Below, piece after piece: positions 61,944 through 64,000 of a DNA stretch of 64,000 nucleotides (positions within the stretch are counted from its first letter, which is position 1; each line of letters opens with the position of its first letter). The DNA is from Naegleria gruberi (taxonomy: Eukaryota). The stretch lies in assembly GCA_000004985.1 (NCBI GenBank), contig GG738870.1; one strand, written 5' to 3'. Below the pieces are notes generated by a model. It did no database searches. It was not told the origin of the DNA and saw only the letters and a program-made list of their open reading frames with translations. Both the position numbers and the translations under genes were made by a program.

Positions 61944-64000
61944 ATGACCAAAGGCTTTAAAAGTACCAACAAGTTTCCTGCCGATTCGGAAGGAAACCAT
62001 CATCAGCAACAAGAGGAACATCTTTTGGATCAGCAGGCGTCAATTTCTAACATGATGGTCAAACAACATGAATATCATGTCTATCAACAACAAGAATTTG
62101 AAAAGACTGTTTTTAATAAGCCTACATTAACAATAGTGGAGGAGGAGAAGACTTCACTTCTCGAGAATCAACAACAGGATGGAAGGGAAAATTTGGAATT
62201 TGATAAGGAGGATACTCTGAGTACCTTTCTGTTGAATAAAAAGAAACAAGAAGTATCGGATTTAATAGATTTGGGAATTAGTCATGATGAAAGATTGCAT
62301 ATTGAAGTATCTAAATTGAAACAATTAATAGAATGGTTTTTAAAGGCAACAAAGGAAGAAACATTTGTGGGAAGTCACAAGATTTTGTCAATCATTGGAA
62401 CAATTTCAAGTATTGTTGGACTCTTTTCAATATTTGAAAATTATAATTTATCAGAAAGTGCCATGTATCACTTGACATCTAATGCTGCCATCTATACTGC
62501 AGTACCTGCTGGAAGTGCCACTATTTATTTATTATTGGAAGATTTATTTCAATCTCTGAAGGATGTAAATCATGTGGAGGATTTACCACAACTTGAAATT
62601 CTCTCCATTCTTGTCAAGTCTCATGCTTGCTTGTGTTTATTCTTATTAATGATTGATGATATTGCTCTGCACAAAAAGACAATTTTTGGTGTTGATTTGA
62701 AACAATTTGGTTTGATTGAGAATATTGAAATTATCAAAGCTGCCTTTTACTTTACCAGTTCGATAGCCATGTTCAGTAAGATTGAAAGTATTAATCCACA
62801 TATTATCGAATTATTCTTAGAGAATGGAACCAAAATTATTCCTGGATTGGCATTGATGACACTTTCTCTGAGAAGTTATGGTTACTATTTCAATGAGCCA
62901 GTACTGTATAATATTCTTTCGACCATGTATTATTATTTGCTACTGATTAACGGTGTAGCTTCTGTAGTGGCAGGTTTTGGTTTCTTGACAATGGATTCAG
63001 AGAGATTCTTTGAATTGCTTCCACTGGTTGGGAAATCCTTGACCTCTGACCATCCACTTATTGCCAACACTTACCAGACCATTGTTTCAGCAGTCATTAC
63101 ACTATTTGGTATTCAATCCATTCAAAAGCATTGTAACATGGAGGAGAGAACATTTGAGAGTGTACTTTCTTATGTATCCTCAACCAAGTTTGGAGCCTTC
63201 TTGATTAGTTTGGGATTAATGTACTATGGCAAGAGAGCTTTACAATATTCATATACTGGTCTTCCAATTCACGACATGAATCATAGTAATCTTATGGATG
63301 AATTTATCAATATTTGTATCAACTCGGTTGGTTTATTGAGCATCAGTGGAGGTATTTCATTGTTTGGTAATGTTTTTGATATTGAACCATTTAAGAACAT
63401 GCTGGAATCATCAAGTTCTCTTGTTGGAGCTCTTGCATTGACCTTCTCTGGTTTCGCAATCACAAAACACGAAGTTTCCATCTATAGAGAAAGTGAAATT
63501 ATTGGACTACCATCCTATAAGGATACACTCTTTGCAATTTCAGCCTCTCTATTCGCATTGAAGGGAGTTTCTATCATTTTCGAAAAGATTTCAACAAGAA
63601 AGATTGCTAACACAATCTACAGAATGGGTTACAACATTCTAGTGAGCTCTAGTTGTTTCTATTTTGGATTCAAACTTTGTTATGATTTTTGGTTCCCAAA
63701 TATTGAAGCCCTATCACTAAAAGCATCTTTTGATCCAATGATTAACTTGGGAATGATTACTATTGGTAGTGCCTTCCTCTTCTCATCAGGAGGTAAACTC
63801 ATTGGTGACATGTTCGATTGTAGACACATCCAATTGAAACTGAATCAAAAACCACTTTCATGGAGTGAAAAGATGAAATATTACCTGAAGAATGGTCTCA
63901 AATTTGTGCATCAGACAACATGCAATGCCATCAATACTATTTTCCATTGGGGATATTATGATGTGATCAAGAAAATTCTCTATCGTTCTTCAAGCAAACC
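61944..64000 (+). CDS. Large multi-pass membrane protein of unknown family; partial, with the C-terminus beyond the window end
   Basis: An uninterrupted plus-strand reading frame runs from ATG 61944 to the window edge (more than 680 codons). It has many hydrophobic helices. The track omitted it because it is open at the edge. Confidence 0.5.
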   Translation, partial: MTKGFKSTNKFPADSEGNHHQQQEEHLLDQQASISNMMVKQHEYHVYQQQEFEKTVFNKPTLTIVEEEKTSLLENQQQDGRENLEFDKEDTLSTFLLNKKKQEVSDLIDLGISHDERLHIEVSKLKQLIEWFLKATKEETFVGSHKILSIIGTISSIVGLFSIFENYNLSESAMYHLTSNAAIYTAVPAGSATIYLLLEDLFQSLKDVNHVEDLPQLEILSILVKSHACLCLFLLMIDDIALHKKTIFGVDLKQFGLIENIEIIKAAFYFTSSIAMFSKIESINPHIIELFLENGTKIIPGLALMTLSLRSYGYYFNEPVLYNILSTMYYYLLLINGVASVVAGFGFLTMDSERFFELLPLVGKSLTSDHPLIANTYQTIVSAVITLFGIQSIQKHCNMEERTFESVLSYVSSTKFGAFLISLGLMYYGKRALQYSYTGLPIHDMNHSNLMDEFINICINSVGLLSISGGISLFGNVFDIEPFKNMLESSSSLVGALALTFSGFAITKHEVSIYRESEIIGLPSYKDTLFAISASLFALKGVSIIFEKISTRKIANTIYRMGYNILVSSSCFYFGFKLCYDFWFPNIEALSLKASFDPMINLGMITIGSAFLFSSGGKLIGDMFDCRHIQLKLNQKPLSWSEKMKYYLKNGLKFVHQTTCNAINTIFHWGYYDVIKKILYRSSSK

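Overview
This window is a gene-dense, AT-rich (roughly one-third GC) eukaryotic nuclear segment with no prokaryotic features and no CRISPR array. It holds about 30 protein-coding genes, several of them missed as single ORFs because short spliceosomal introns split them, plus 7 tRNA genes. Intron style (GTAAGT/GTATGT donors, TTAAC-type branch point close to the 3' AG), codon usage and gene content fit a dictyostelid-like amoebozoan with a GC-richer genome than D. discoideum. I cannot name the species.

The feature list below is the main content. The most notable calls are:
- A DExH helicase joined in frame through a 41-nt intron to an RNA-dependent RNA polymerase that runs off the window start. 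This is the RrpA/RrpB/DosA-type architecture known from Dictyostelium RNAi.
- Two identical inverted tRNA pairs, His(GUG) and an intron-containing Cys(GCA), plus a Val/Thr tRNA pair.
- Three divergent actin-family paralogs within about 11 kb, one of them with frame breaks.
- A eukaryotic class-II Fic-domain gene and an F-box gene, each with a frameshift.
- Four RGS-domain genes, three of them polytopic membrane proteins.
- A diaphanous-type formin, an EXO5/Cas4-like Fe-S nuclease, a SWIM+RING E3 ligase and a fused double-hotdog thioesterase/MaoC hydratase gene.

Several frame discontinuities (actin-like gene, Fic gene, F-box gene, PGAM-family gene) are either assembly indels or young pseudogenes. 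I found no self-contained novel system; the hunt findings are curiosities of gene structure and duplication.
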